A stretch of DNA of 64,000 nt from Rhodospirillaceae bacterium (GTDB lineage Bacteria > Pseudomonadota > Alphaproteobacteria > MPNO01 > UBA2964): assembly GCA_002709075.1 (NCBI GenBank), contig PAPV01000002.1:31098-95097 (forward strand), given 5' to 3'. The position numbers and the translations under genes are program-made. The notes beneath the pieces are model-generated. The model saw only the letters and a list, made by a program, of their open reading frames with translations. It had not been told where the DNA came from and did no database searches. Each line of letters starts with the position of its first letter. Within the stretch, counting starts at the first letter, position 1. Shown here one piece after another: positions 10,702 to 21,680 of this stretch.

Positions 10702-11701
10702 TGGCCACTTTTGGAACCATGGGTCGTAAACCCAGTCGGTCAAACAAAGCTTGGTCCTGCAACATTTGTGGGTTTTCCGTTGTTAGCAGCGAATCGCCGT
10801 AAAAAATTGAATTCGCTCCGGCGAGGAAACAAAGTGCTTGAGTGCTGTCATTCATCTCATTTCGTCCTGCGGATAGTCGAACAATGGAACCTGGCATCAT
10901 TATTCGGCTTACCGCTATTGTACGAATGAATTCAAATGGATCTACATTATTCACATTGGCTAAGGGCGTTCCTGGCGCACGAACAAGCATGTTGATGGGT
11001 ACACTTTCGGGGTGACTGGGCATATTGGCCAGTGTTTTTAGCATACCTGCACGATCTTCTTTAGACTCACCCATGCCGACTATCCCCCCGGCGCAGACGT
11101 TAATTCCTGCTTTTCGGACATGAGAAATTGTATCGATGCGATCATTAAATGTTCTTGTAGAAATTATTTCACTGTAATAATTTTCCGAAGTGTCGATATT
11201 ATGATTATAATAATCCAGTCCTGATTCCTTTAACACTTTTGCTTGATTCTCCTTCAGCATGCCAAGTGTGACACAGGTTTCAAGCCCAATATTCTGAACT
11301 GCCTTTACCATTTTGCAAACTTGGTCTAGGTCCTTATCAGTAGGACGGCGCCATGCTGCTCCCATGCAGAAACGAGTAGCGCCAGCTTCTTTGGCTGCAT
11401 TTGCAGCCTCTAAGACTCTTTCAACTGAAATCAATTTTTCTTTTTCAAGACCAGTATTATAATGGGCACTTTGTGGGCAGTATGCGCAATCCTCAGGACA
11501 AGATCCAGTTTTTATAGATAATAAAGTGCTAATCTGTAATTCATTTGGATTAAAAAATTGGCGATGTAACTTTTGCGCTCGGTAGAGTAAGTCATTAAAA
11601 GGCTGATTAAACAGAGCCTCTGCTTCCTCTTGAGTCCAATTGTGCCGGATCGGATTGGAGGTTGGGCTTGGGAACTCGATATTTAAACTTTTTGTTGCCA
11701 T
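10688..11701 (-). CDS. bioB: biotin synthase (radical SAM)
   Basis: CPEDCAYC (CxxxCxxC), [29 protein letters not shown]. Confidence 0.98.
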   Translation of the reverse strand: MATKSLNIEFPSPTSNPIRHNWTQEEAEALFNQPFNDLLYRAQKLHRQFFNPNELQISTLLSIKTGSCPEDCAYCPQSAHYNTGLEKEKLISVERVLEAANAAKEAGATRFCMGAAWRRPTDKDLDQVCKMVKAVQNIGLETCVTLGMLKENQAKVLKESGLDYYNHNIDTSENYYSEIISTRTFNDRIDTISHVRKAGINVCAGGIVGMGESKEDRAGMLKTLANMPSHPESVPINMLVRAPGTPLANVNNVDPFEFIRTIAVSRIMMPGSIVRLSAGRNEMNDSTQALCFLAGANSIFYGDSLLTTENPQMLQDQALFDRLGLRPMVPKVANEKD

Positions 11702-11793
11702 GTGTCGTTTTCCAATTCTTACCCTATACTAAGGTGTCTCCACGGATCGGCAAGGTTGAAGATCCAAACATATTGCAGAACTCGGTGTCTTAA

Positions 11794-12948
11794 ATGTATT
11801 CTATAGATGATTTTGCTGAATTGAAATTACAAGAATTAGAAAAAAAGTCGTTGCGTCGCCGGCTTGCCTCCACTGCACGTCGGGATAGAGGTACTACGGA
11901 GCGTGATGGTAAATCATTAATTTCCTTCTGTTGCAATGATTATTTAGGCCTATCAAAACATCCTCAGGTAAAAAAAGACGCCATAGATGCATTATCTAAT
12001 TATGGTGTGGGAGCAGGCGCGTCGCGTTTAGTGACTGGAAATCACCCGCTGTATGAAAGTCTTGAGAGGGGTCTAGCTGAAATCAAGAGCACAGAAGCGG
12101 CAACGGTTTTCGGCAGCGGTTATCTTTCTAACCTCGGAATAATTCCATCCTTTATGGGCTCTAATGATCTTTGCATTGGTGATGAGCTTTGTCATTCTAG
12201 TTTGCATGCTGGAATGCAGTCGTCTCGGGCAAAAGTTCAACTTTTTAGGCATAATGATATGGAGAATTGTAAATCAATATTAACTAGTCTTCGTGGTTCT
12301 TATGAAAAATGTCTGTTGATTACAGAAGGAGTTTTTAGTATGGACGGTGATCGTGCGCCGCTTCTAAATCTTTGCAATTTGGCTGATGAATTTGACTCTT
12401 GGCTATTCGTTGATGACGCGCATGGTTTTGGAGTCTTAGGAAATGGTGCCGGAAGTGCCGCGGAGGCGGGTGTGGGGTCGCGAGTGGACCTGCAAATGGG
12501 CACACTCTCGAAATCAGTTGGTTCGTACGGCGGCTTTCTATGTGGGTCTCAACCCGTTTGCAACCTTGCAGTTAACCGCGCTCGCACACTAATTTATGAG
12601 ACCGGACTGCCGCCTGCATCCGTTGCCGCCTCATTAGCTTCGTTAAAACTGATCAAGAATGATTCAGGGTTGGTTTCTAGACCTTTGAAAAAGGCCCGTT
12701 ATTTTACCAATCAACTTAGTCTGCCTGAAGCACAAAGCGCAATTGTTCCCCTTATTTTAGGCCAGCCCAAAGATACGCTTGCTGCATCGGCTCAGTTAAT
12801 GGAAGAAGGTTTTTTGGTTACACCAATTCGTCCGCCAACGGTTCCGGCAGGAACATCACGGTTACGTTTTACTTTTTGTGCTGATCAGCCTGATGAGGAT
12901 ATAGAGATGCTAATTCAATGCATTCGTAAGCTAGGAATTGCCGGTTGA
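11794..12948 (+). CDS. bioF: 8-amino-7-oxononanoate synthase
   Basis: NDYLGLS, GASRLVTG, EGVFSMDGD, DDAHG, GTLSK (PLP lysine), IRPPTVPAGTSRLR; biotin cluster context. Confidence 0.95.
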   Translation: MYSIDDFAELKLQELEKKSLRRRLASTARRDRGTTERDGKSLISFCCNDYLGLSKHPQVKKDAIDALSNYGVGAGASRLVTGNHPLYESLERGLAEIKSTEAATVFGSGYLSNLGIIPSFMGSNDLCIGDELCHSSLHAGMQSSRAKVQLFRHNDMENCKSILTSLRGSYEKCLLITEGVFSMDGDRAPLLNLCNLADEFDSWLFVDDAHGFGVLGNGAGSAAEAGVGSRVDLQMGTLSKSVGSYGGFLCGSQPVCNLAVNRARTLIYETGLPPASVAASLASLKLIKNDSGLVSRPLKKARYFTNQLSLPEAQSAIVPLILGQPKDTLAASAQLMEEGFLVTPIRPPTVPAGTSRLRFTFCADQPDEDIEMLIQCIRKLGIAG

Positions 12949-13598
12949 AAAAATATTTTGTTACGGGCACAGGAACAGGCATAGGAAAAACCTATGTAAC
13001 TTGTCAATTAATCAGAGCATTAAAGAAAAGAGGATTCTCTGTATCTGCAACTAAGCCTATTATAAGTGGATACGATAAATCTGTTCTAACTGAGAGTGAC
13101 ACTGGACTAATTTTATCTGCGTTAAATCTAACTTTGACTCAAAATAATATTTCGAAGATTTCACCTTATCGCTTCAGTGAACCTTTATCTCCTGACATGG
13201 CAGCAGCCAGAGAAAATCGTAAGATTAATTTTAATAAACTTGTTGATTTCTCTCTAGATGTGGATTTCGGAAAAGATTTTCACTTTATTGAGGGTGTAGG
13301 CGGTATTCTCGTGCCATTAACTAAAAACAAAACAGTCCTTGATTGGATTAACACAGTAAATTTTTCCGTAATTCTTGTGGCGGGAAGTTATCTTGGTACC
13401 TTAAGCCATACACTCTCTGCATTACATGTATTAAATGCTTCTGGCGCAAAAGTTGTTGTCGTGGTAAGCGAATCTGAAGAACAACCTGTTCCATTATTAG
13501 AAACAGTCAATACTCTCAAACGTTTTTGCAACCCTGTGCCTGTTTTAGGTTTGTCAAGATTTGAGAACGCAAGGACTATTATCAGTCTAATCACTTAG
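12945..13598 (+). CDS. bioD: dethiobiotin synthetase
   Basis: FVTGTGTGIGKT, KPIISG, EPLSPDMAA, IEGVGG, YLGTLSHT; TTG start overlaps the bioF stop. Confidence 0.95.
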   Translation: MKKYFVTGTGTGIGKTYVTCQLIRALKKRGFSVSATKPIISGYDKSVLTESDTGLILSALNLTLTQNNISKISPYRFSEPLSPDMAAARENRKINFNKLVDFSLDVDFGKDFHFIEGVGGILVPLTKNKTVLDWINTVNFSVILVAGSYLGTLSHTLSALHVLNASGAKVVVVVSESEEQPVPLLETVNTLKRFCNPVPVLGLSRFENARTIISLIT

Positions 13599-14436
13599 TT
13601 TTATTTTGAGCAAGTTGTTTATCAATCCAATTCGAAATTGTGGAAACAGCTACGTCTTCAACCCCCAGATAACCATGATAGGATAGCCCTCCACATATTC
13701 TTCCATCTCCGCTATGCCCCCCTTTAATTAATACCTTTTGTAAAGAGGATACGCTCGTAAGAGTTTTTTCTAACATTGTAACGCCGGTTGTAGGGGCTAC
13801 AATGCACTGATCGTCCACATGATGCATTAATAAAGTTGGACTGATGATGTTACTAAGTTCAGCATCGAAAATTGTAGGTCGATTGCGATAAGATTTTCTT
13901 GTAACAGAGGCACTAAATACCACTCCTGCCACTGAGAGACGGCTTGCCAAGGCGGCAACCGCTATACTGCCCCGGCTTGTTCCGACAAGAAAAATCGGCC
14001 GGTTTGTTCGTTTTCTTATCCACCGGAGAACCTCACGTATATGTATTGCATAATCATTCGTGGTCCGATAACCAATAATTCCACGTTTTGATTTGATCGT
14101 AGGCGCGCCGACAATAACCGTAAGATACCCCTTGTTAGCAAATGATTGTCTTGAACGTATCAGAAAGTTTTTTGAACTGATTGGACTTTGTCGTCTGAAT
14201 TTTAGTATTCCGCGCCCCCCAGAAAAAAGCACAACTGCAGCTTTTATTATTTGCGTCGGCGCTAGAGCCATTATTTTTAAGCCAGATTTTTTCTCATTTT
14301 CGATGTTAGTTACTACGAGAAAGTGAATATTTTCCTGAATAGTAATTGCCCTAGTACCCGGCGCCAGTAAAAGAAACATCAACATCATAAAATTAAAATA
14401 TGATAGAGTTTTCATCATGCTTTTGTTGGCAAACAT
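13591..14436 (-). CDS. exported alpha/beta hydrolase
   Basis: Hydrophobic signal-like N-terminus, GTSRG nucleophile elbow, HHVDDQC, C-terminal HGY histidine. Confidence 0.75.
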   Translation of the reverse strand: MFANKSMMKTLSYFNFMMLMFLLLAPGTRAITIQENIHFLVVTNIENEKKSGLKIMALAPTQIIKAAVVLFSGGRGILKFRRQSPISSKNFLIRSRQSFANKGYLTVIVGAPTIKSKRGIIGYRTTNDYAIHIREVLRWIRKRTNRPIFLVGTSRGSIAVAALASRLSVAGVVFSASVTRKSYRNRPTIFDAELSNIISPTLLMHHVDDQCIVAPTTGVTMLEKTLTSVSSLQKVLIKGGHSGDGRICGGLSYHGYLGVEDVAVSTISNWIDKQLAQNKTK

Positions 14437-14533
14437 TTAAGATATCGTTATAATCGAAATTAGGCAGAAAGATAAACCTATATAAAACGCATTAATACTA
14501 AATAAATCAAACTCAATTGTAGAATGTTTTAGA

Positions 14534-15709
14534 ATGAAGATCGCGGTAATAAAGGAACGTAGACCAAATGAAGCGCGCGTAGCTACATCTCCGGATGTTG
14601 TTAAGAGATTTAAAAAGCTTGGTTTCGACGTGTCTATTGAGACTGGAGCTGGATTGGGAGCTTCTATTGTTGATCAGGCGTTTATTGATGCTGGTGCTAC
14701 GATTGCAGATGAAGCAGAGTCTGCAGTTAAAAATGCTAACATAGTTTTGAAAGTGCAACGACCCCTTTCAGCAGAGGAGGGTGGGATAGATGAAATTGAG
14801 CTCTTAGAGCCAGGAATGATTCTCGTGGGCACAATGCAAAGTCTCTCTCATCCAGATCAGGCCAAGAAATTAGCAGAGTCCAAAATTACTGTATTCGCGA
14901 TGGAGTTACTTCCACGCATTTCGCGTGCGCAATCAATGGATGTTTTGTCTTCCCAGTCAAGTCTTGCGGGATATAAGGCAGTTTTAGATGCGTGCAATGA
15001 ATATACTCGCGCATTTCCTATGATGATGACAGCGGCTGGAACTATCCCGCCAGCTCGAGTTTTAGTTCTTGGTGCTGGTGTGGCAGGGCTCCAAGCAGTT
15101 GCGACTGCAAAGCGTTTGGGGGCTGTTGTTCATGCTTACGATGTTCGTCCAGCTGTAAAGGAACAGGTTGAAAGTCTTGGTGCCAAATTCGTTGAAGTTG
15201 ATACTGCGGCGGCGGCGGATGCTGAGACATCCGGTGGTTATGCAAAAGAAATGGCAGAAGATTATAAGGTAAAGCAAGATCAAGTACTAGCTGATGTTGT
15301 AGCAAACACTGATATTGTAATATGCACAGCGCTTATCCCCGGACGCCCCGCACCTGTTCTTGTGACACCAGAAATGGTGCGAAACATGAAATCAGGATCA
15401 GTGATTGTCGACCTCGCTGTTGAACAGGGTGGAAATTGTCCATTGAGTGAATTAGGCAAGGTAGTTGAGAAAGAGGGTGTAATTTTAGTGGGGCATGCGA
15501 ATGTGCCAAGCCGCATCGCAACCGACGCCAGTGCGATGTATGCTAAAAACTTATATAACTTCATCGAGCCGATGGTTAATGCAGAAACTAAAGACCTGAG
15601 TATCAATTGGGAGGATGAAATTATTAGTGGAAGCCTTATATCACGTGATGGTAGTATCGTTCATCCCATGCTTAGGTTGGATATTGATAATGAGGAAAGA
15701 GGGAAATAG
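14534..15709 (+). CDS. pntAA: NAD(P) transhydrogenase subunit alpha part 1 (domain I)
   Basis: RVATSP, PRISRAQSMDVLSSQ, GAGVAGLQA, GGYAKEM, TALIPGRPAP. Confidence 0.97.
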   Translation: MKIAVIKERRPNEARVATSPDVVKRFKKLGFDVSIETGAGLGASIVDQAFIDAGATIADEAESAVKNANIVLKVQRPLSAEEGGIDEIELLEPGMILVGTMQSLSHPDQAKKLAESKITVFAMELLPRISRAQSMDVLSSQSSLAGYKAVLDACNEYTRAFPMMMTAAGTIPPARVLVLGAGVAGLQAVATAKRLGAVVHAYDVRPAVKEQVESLGAKFVEVDTAAAADAETSGGYAKEMAEDYKVKQDQVLADVVANTDIVICTALIPGRPAPVLVTPEMVRNMKSGSVIVDLAVEQGGNCPLSELGKVVEKEGVILVGHANVPSRIATDASAMYAKNLYNFIEPMVNAETKDLSINWEDEIISGSLISRDGSIVHPMLRLDIDNEERGK

Positions 15710-15715
15710 AAGCTA

Positions 15716-16051
15716 ATGAAAATGGAGAAAATAGCAGGTGTCATGGAAACTGCTAACGCTTCGCACGGAGGCGATGAGTTAATGCTTATGGTGACAGTTT
15801 TTGTTCTGGCAATCTTCGTAGGGTATTATGTCGTATGGAACGTGACTCCGGCGCTTCATTCGCCCCTGATGAGCGTAACTAATGCGATTTCTTCTGTAAT
15901 AATTGTTGGGGCACTTATAGCGTCTGGTCCATTAGAGATTCATTTGTCTAAAATTATGGGTTTTTTTGCTGTAATACTCGCCAGCATAAACATTTTTGGC
16001 GGCTTTTTCGTTTCTCAGCGAATGCTCCAAATGTACAAGAAAAAGAGTTAG
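15716..16051 (+). CDS. pntAB: NAD(P) transhydrogenase subunit alpha part 2
   Basis: VTPALHSPLMSVTNAISS, NIFGGF..SQRMLQMY. Confidence 0.96.
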   Translation: MKMEKIAGVMETANASHGGDELMLMVTVFVLAIFVGYYVVWNVTPALHSPLMSVTNAISSVIIVGALIASGPLEIHLSKIMGFFAVILASINIFGGFFVSQRMLQMYKKKS

Positions 16052-16060
16052 GAGGATTTT

Positions 16061-17452
16061 TTGAGTGAAAACCTCACAGCTTTAGCCTATCTGATTGCTG
16101 CAATTTGTTTCATTTCGGCATTACGCGGTTTGTCGTCTCCTGAGACGGCTAGAAAAGGAAACTTAATTGGTATTGCCGGCATGGTAATTGCCATCGCAAC
16201 TACACTGGCATCCCCAAATGTGTTGTCTTATAGTTGGATTGCGGCAGGTATTTTAATTGGTGGCGCAATAGGCACTGTAATTGCACTGAAAATTCAGATG
16301 ACTGCTTTACCTCAGCTTGTTGCGGCTTTTCACAGCTTGGTCGGATTAGCAGCTGTTTTTGTCGCAAGCGCGGCGCTTTTTGCGCCGGAGGCCTATGGGA
16401 TTGGGACCGTTGGTAACATCAAAACGGTGAGTTTAGTTGAAATGTCAATTGGAACCGCAATCGGTGCAATTACCTTCACCGGATCTATTATCGCGTTCGC
16501 TAAGCTTCAGGGTATACTTTCTGGGACCCCTCTAGTGTTTACGGGACAACATTTTCTGAATGCGATTATTGGTTTATCAACTATTGCATTAGTTGTGTGG
16601 TTTTCAACCAGTGAGGCATATTGGGCCTATTGGATGATTGTCGCGCTAGCGCTTGTCTTAGGGTTTTTAATCATACTCCCAATTGGTGGAGCCGATATGC
16701 CGGTAGTGGTTTCAATGCTTAATTCTTACTCAGGATGGGCAGCATGCGGTATTGGATTTACCCTAGGCAATACACTTCTCATTATAACAGGAGCATTAGT
16801 TGGTTCGTCAGGCGCAATTCTAAGTTATATAATGTGCAAAGGTATGAACCGATCCTTTATTTCAGTTATTCTTGGTGGTTTTGGAGGAGGAGAAGAAGTT
16901 AATGCAGCGCAAACTACCGGTGACCGGACGGTTCGGCGGGGGTCGGCAGAGGATGCGGCATTTATAATGAAGAATGCTGGCAAGGTTATAATTGTTCCTG
17001 GATATGGTATGGCAGTAGCTCAGGCGCAGCATTCGGTGCGTGAAATGGCGGATTCTTTGAAGGCTGCAGGCGTAGATGTCGCCTATGCAATACACCCCGT
17101 TGCAGGTCGAATGCCAGGACATATGAATGTGCTTTTAGCGGAAGCAAATGTTCCATACGATGAGGTTTTCGAACTCGAAGAAATTAATCATGAGTTTACT
17201 ACAGCTGATGTAGCATATGTTATCGGAGCAAATGATGTAACCAATCCAGCCGCTAAGAATGATGCGGCTAGCCCAATATTTGGAATGCCGATCCTTGATG
17301 TTGAGAAGGCACAGACTGTTCTGTTTGTAAAGCGGTCTATGGGAGCAGGCTATGCTGGAGTTGATAACGAACTGTTTTTCCGAGACAATACAATGATGCT
17401 ATTTGGTGATGCAAAAAAAATGACTGAAGAGATAATTCAGTCGCTTGATTGA
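16061..17452 (+). CDS. pntB: NAD(P) transhydrogenase subunit beta
   Basis: PQLVAAFHSLVG, IGGADMPVV, VPGYGMAVAQAQH, HPVAGRMPGHMNVLLAEA; GGAGG RBS and TTG start. Confidence 0.97.
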   Translation: MSENLTALAYLIAAICFISALRGLSSPETARKGNLIGIAGMVIAIATTLASPNVLSYSWIAAGILIGGAIGTVIALKIQMTALPQLVAAFHSLVGLAAVFVASAALFAPEAYGIGTVGNIKTVSLVEMSIGTAIGAITFTGSIIAFAKLQGILSGTPLVFTGQHFLNAIIGLSTIALVVWFSTSEAYWAYWMIVALALVLGFLIILPIGGADMPVVVSMLNSYSGWAACGIGFTLGNTLLIITGALVGSSGAILSYIMCKGMNRSFISVILGGFGGGEEVNAAQTTGDRTVRRGSAEDAAFIMKNAGKVIIVPGYGMAVAQAQHSVREMADSLKAAGVDVAYAIHPVAGRMPGHMNVLLAEANVPYDEVFELEEINHEFTTADVAYVIGANDVTNPAAKNDAASPIFGMPILDVEKAQTVLFVKRSMGAGYAGVDNELFFRDNTMMLFGDAKKMTEEIIQSLD

Positions 17453-17493
17453 AAATTCTGCTTTCTTTTAATTCCTGATTTTCGACTCGTACT

Positions 17494-18033
17494 ATGACAT
17501 TATTGAAAATTGCTAAAATGGGTGATCCGGTCCTATCCGAGGTCTCAAATGTAGTTGACGATCCTACTTCAGAGCCAGTAAAAAAACTGTTGAAAGATAT
17601 GCATGATACTATGTTTGATGCTGATGGGACCGGCCTAGCCGCACCTCAGGTGCATTCGGGAAAACGAGTTATAATGTTTATGGCTCAAAATAGTAATCAA
17701 AAAAATGAAAAGAATATTGATACAGATTTTGCCCCTCTGACTTCATTAATTAACCCATCTTGGAAACCTCTTTCTGAAGCAATGGAAATTGGTTGGGAAG
17801 GGTGTCTTTCTATACCAGGTCTCACCGGGGCTGTTCCGCGATATGTTAATATCAAATATCAAGGTTATCTTGTGGATGGTACGATTTTAGAACGTCAGGC
17901 TACGGGATTCCATGCACGTGTGTTTCAGCATGAGTATGACCACTTAGATGGTGTATTATATCCCCAGAGAATGGAAAATCTTAAACATTTGGTATTTACT
18001 GATGAGGCAATGCGTCACGGGCTGCCCTCATAA
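17494..18033 (+). CDS. def: peptide deformylase
   Basis: GTGLAAPQV, EGCLS, QHEYDHL motifs. Confidence 0.95.
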   Translation: MTLLKIAKMGDPVLSEVSNVVDDPTSEPVKKLLKDMHDTMFDADGTGLAAPQVHSGKRVIMFMAQNSNQKNEKNIDTDFAPLTSLINPSWKPLSEAMEIGWEGCLSIPGLTGAVPRYVNIKYQGYLVDGTILERQATGFHARVFQHEYDHLDGVLYPQRMENLKHLVFTDEAMRHGLPS

Positions 18034-18064
18034 AGGCAAACCTGCAGAATAGGGAGGGATCATT

Positions 18065-18709
18065 TTGGAGAGGCGAACTGAACTTCGAACAAAACTACTT
18101 TTGGCAGCTTTGAGACACGTTACTTTTGATGGTTGGACTGATGTAGCGTTTCATAGAGCCATATCAGATTTGGGTTGGAGCATAGAAGAATATGACCGTC
18201 TTTTCCCATCCGGTCCGCCAGAAGCTGGCATTTTACTTTTTCAGTTAGCTGATCTTTCGATGAGCTCGGCGCTAACTCAAAAACAGTCTGCTGATTTCCG
18301 GACCCGCGATCGTGTTTCATTGGCATTGAGAATTTGGTTGACATTTTTAAACCCATACAAAGATGCCGTTCGTAGACTGGTGCCCTTTATGTCTCTCTCA
18401 GGAAATAATCTGCTTGGTTTGGAATGTCTTTATCATACTGTTGATACCATCTGGTATTCTGCTGGGGACAAATCTACTGACTTTAATTTTTATACCAAGC
18501 GAGCTTTATTAGCGAGTGTTTTATCATCCTCGATACTTTTTTGGCTGAATGATAATTCATTTGAATCAGAAGATACTTGGGGGTTTATTGATCGCCGGAT
18601 AGAAAATATTATGAGTCTTCAAAAATTACGCACCAAAGTGGATGGACTTTGCTCTCGCCTTCCAGATTTAAGCAGTTTACTGAGGGTAATCCGACCCATT
18701 AACCGATAA
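18065..18709 (+). CDS. COQ9 family ubiquinone biosynthesis lipid-binding protein
   Basis: FDGW, VDTIWYSAGDKSTDFNFYTKRALL, DTWGFIDRRIENIM signature. Confidence 0.88.
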   Translation: MERRTELRTKLLLAALRHVTFDGWTDVAFHRAISDLGWSIEEYDRLFPSGPPEAGILLFQLADLSMSSALTQKQSADFRTRDRVSLALRIWLTFLNPYKDAVRRLVPFMSLSGNNLLGLECLYHTVDTIWYSAGDKSTDFNFYTKRALLASVLSSSILFWLNDNSFESEDTWGFIDRRIENIMSLQKLRTKVDGLCSRLPDLSSLLRVIRPINR

Positions 18710-19835
18710 AAAATGTAGCCGCAGAGATACTTTTTCTATTCCACTGAGATGTCAGCGGAACTAAACGTGTAACATGGCCCATTTTTCTACCTGATCTGAT
18801 GTCTTTTTTTCCGTAGAGATGTAATTTGTTTTCCGGTTCACTTATAATCTGTTTCCAATTTTCTACATCATCACCGATCAAGTTTCGCATTACAGCATTA
18901 GAGTGTCGCTGCGTTTTCCCAAGTGGCAAACCACATACAGCCCGAACCATTTGTTCAAACTGATTAGTATGGCATGCATCAATTGTCCAATGCCCAGAAT
19001 TGTGGGGGCGCGGAGCAATTTCATTAACCAAAATCCTTCCTCCTTGTAAAACAAACATTTCTACAGCAATGAGTCCAACGAGGGATAGCGAATTAGCCAC
19101 TTTCTCGGCTATCTTTACGGCGCGTTCTGCTGTTCCCTTATCTATTGCTGCTGGAGCAATGGTGATATCTAACACATGGTTCTTGTGCTGGTTTTCAACA
19201 ACATCAAAACAACAGGTTTGCCCGGTGCATGAACGGGCAACTAATACTGATATTTCACATTTAAAATCGATTAATTCCTCAACGATTGCAAGCTTATGGT
19301 CTACTGCGCCCCATGCTTTGTCGAGATCAGCTTTGCCATAAAATGTTATCTGGCCCTTACCGTCGTACCCGAATCTAGCGGTTTTAAAGACACCGTTTTG
19401 TCCTAATTTTTTTATTGCTTCCGATGGATGATTTCTTTTACTTAACTCAGCCCAAGCTGCAGTTTCAATACCATTTTTGTTAAGAAACTCCTTTTCATAT
19501 ATACGGTTTTGGGAAATAAAAAGAATTTCTGGACTGGGCCTTACCAGTATTCTTGAAGAAAGGTATTCAGCCGCTTTGGCAGGGATATTTTCGAATTCGA
19601 AAGTGACTACGTCTACCATCGAAATGAATTTTTCAAGATAACCCTGGTCTTCATAATCTGCAATTATACTGTCAAGGCACACCTGAACTGCCGGCTCCTC
19701 TCTAGATTCACAATAAATCACTGCTTTATAGCCTAATTGGGAAGCTGCTACAGCGATCATTCGTCCAAGTTGCCCTCCCCCCATGATACCAATTGTTGAT
19801 CCAGGCGGTATTTTGTAGAGATCACTTGTTTTCAT
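18699..19835 (-). CDS. purK: N5-carboxyaminoimidazole ribonucleotide synthase
   Basis: [44 protein letters not shown]. Confidence 0.97.
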   Translation of the reverse strand: MKTSDLYKIPPGSTIGIMGGGQLGRMIAVAASQLGYKAVIYCESREEPAVQVCLDSIIADYEDQGYLEKFISMVDVVTFEFENIPAKAAEYLSSRILVRPSPEILFISQNRIYEKEFLNKNGIETAAWAELSKRNHPSEAIKKLGQNGVFKTARFGYDGKGQITFYGKADLDKAWGAVDHKLAIVEELIDFKCEISVLVARSCTGQTCCFDVVENQHKNHVLDITIAPAAIDKGTAERAVKIAEKVANSLSLVGLIAVEMFVLQGGRILVNEIAPRPHNSGHWTIDACHTNQFEQMVRAVCGLPLGKTQRHSNAVMRNLIGDDVENWKQIISEPENKLHLYGKKDIRSGRKMGHVTRLVPLTSQWNRKSISAATFFIG

Positions 19836-20335
19836 TTGTTTCTATCCGGTTCTTCTGCAACTGTTTGTGTCTGCATAAGACGCCATTTGTCTAGGGCTTC
19901 TCTAATTTTTGGATTTGTGCTCGCAAGAATTGCAGCTGATAATAGTGCTGCGTTGATCGCCCCTGATTGCCCAATGGAGAGTGTTCCTACTGGAATTCCT
20001 GCTGGCATCTGACATATTGATAACAGGCTATCTATACCTTTCAAAGCATGACTTTCAATGGGAACGCCGAGTATGGGAAGTGTTGTCATTGCTGCCATCA
20101 TTCCTGGCAGATGTGCAGCACCACCAGCACCAGCGATAATAACTTTAAGCCCTCTAGTGCGTGCGGTTTTCGCATAATCTGTTAAACGTTCTGGGGTTCT
20201 GTGCGCAGACACTATTTTAGTTTCATGTGAAATATTGAGCTTAATTAATATTTCCTCGGCATGTTTCATGGTTTTCCAATCAGACTGACTTCCCATCACA
20301 AGTCCGACTAGCGGCGACTCCGGTAATTTAGGCAT
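19832..20335 (-). CDS. purE: N5-CAIR mutase
   Basis: [34 protein letters not shown]. Confidence 0.98.
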   Translation of the reverse strand: MPKLPESPLVGLVMGSQSDWKTMKHAEEILIKLNISHETKIVSAHRTPERLTDYAKTARTRGLKVIIAGAGGAAHLPGMMAAMTTLPILGVPIESHALKGIDSLLSICQMPAGIPVGTLSIGQSGAINAALLSAAILASTNPKIREALDKWRLMQTQTVAEEPDRNK

Positions 20336-20579
20336 TTTTTTCTCCGGACTTCAAATACTGTATATTATAGTCCTGTGGTGTTAAGCTGCAAAGCGTAGTG
20401 TTTTAATTTAAGTGCAATAGTCGACAGATTGTGCGTATACACACCGATTTTCATGGAAAAAAATTACATAAACGTATAAAAACGATTATTCATCTATAGA
20501 TATACACCTAAGATACATAGACTCTGTAATACAGGTCTTCTAATTATTTGGTTTCTTTTTACGGGTTATATAGTGAAGG

Positions 20580-20780
20580 CTATGCTATGTTGTCGGGTAT
20601 TAATCCTGACCTAAGGGTCTTAATTTCATCTTTTAACTTTAATTTATTTTTTTTTAGACGTTGTATTTCAATGTGGTTGTGTTTTCCATTCATTATAAAA
20701 TTATTAATTGCAGTTTTTAATTCCGCGTGTTCAATCTCAGCTTCTTTAAGCCTTTGTATAATTTCAAATTTTTTTAGCAT
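20580..20780 (-). CDS. DUF465/YdcH family small coiled-coil protein
   Basis: EH..L...I ... IQRLKKNKLKLKDEI...LIPDNIA; usual position upstream of purE. Confidence 0.8.
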   Translation of the reverse strand: MLKKFEIIQRLKEAEIEHAELKTAINNFIMNGKHNHIEIQRLKKNKLKLKDEIKTLRSGLIPDNIA

Positions 20781-20900
20781 TCCGTTTGGTTACAGATCTT
20801 CTAATTGGCCGTTAAGACGATTTGTACAAAATCGAAAGATTTTTTTCAATTTAATATTTTACAATTGCAATCCCAGAACAGAGTATAACAGTTTACAAGG

Positions 20901-21680
20901 CTAGAATACATCTTTGCGGTTTCTGATTTCAGCAAATACGGAAACTGCATCATTCGGTTTTAACGACACCGCTTTCGCAACCTCAAAGCGATCGCATCGT
21001 AAGAATGGATTAGTTTTTTTCTCTTCACCCAGAAATGAAGGTACAGTGGGCTTATTTTCAGCGCGTAAGGCATCAATATTTTTTACCCTTTTTTTCAAGT
21101 TCTGATTCCCTGTTTCAATGGTAACAGCAAATCTTGCATTGGATTGCGTGTATTCGTGACCACAAAAAACTTGGGTGTCATCAGGTAAGTCACGTAACTT
21201 TTTCAAGCTAGTCCACATTTGTTCTGGTGTACCTTCAAAAATACGTCCACATCCTAGAGCAAATAGTGTGTCCCCGCAAAATAATGCTTTGGTTTCTTCA
21301 AACCAAAATGCGATATGGCCACTAGTATGACCGGGTGTATCGAAAACTTTTGCATTCGCATTACCCAAGCTAAACAGGTCACCATCCCCAACTTTTATGT
21401 CAATTCCAGCTATTCGGGATTGATCCGCCAATGGTCCCACAACAGAGCATTTATATTTTGTTTTTAATTCCAAATTGCCACCAGTATGGTCATTATGATG
21501 ATGGGTGTTAATTATATCAGTCAAGGTCCAACCGAGGTTATCAAGTGCATTTGCAATAGGTTGAAAGTCTGATGGGTCGACAGCAGCTACGCGGTTTTGA
21601 ATTGGGTCCCGTAATAAATAAACATAATTATCTTCGCGAGTAGCAATTTGCTTTATCTCAAGTATTGACATTGAATGCAT
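20901..21680 (-). CDS. gloB: hydroxyacylglutathione hydrolase (glyoxalase II)
   Basis: DNYVY, THHHNDHTGG, TPGHTSGH, GDTLF..GCGR, CGHEYT, TNPFLR. Confidence 0.96.
   Translation of the reverse strand: MHSMSILEIKQIATREDNYVYLLRDPIQNRVAAVDPSDFQPIANALDNLGWTLTDIINTHHHNDHTGGNLELKTKYKCSVVGPLADQSRIAGIDIKVGDGDLFSLGNANAKVFDTPGHTSGHIAFWFEETKALFCGDTLFALGCGRIFEGTPEQMWTSLKKLRDLPDDTQVFCGHEYTQSNARFAVTIETGNQNLKKRVKNIDALRAENKPTVPSFLGEEKKTNPFLRCDRFEVAKAVSLKPNDAVSVFAEIRNRKDVF

Noticed and set aside
13591-14436. Alpha/beta hydrolase next to bioD as a BioH substitute
   Set aside because: Convergent rather than co-transcribed, and it carries a signal-peptide-like N-terminus, whereas pimeloyl-ACP ester hydrolysis is cytoplasmic.
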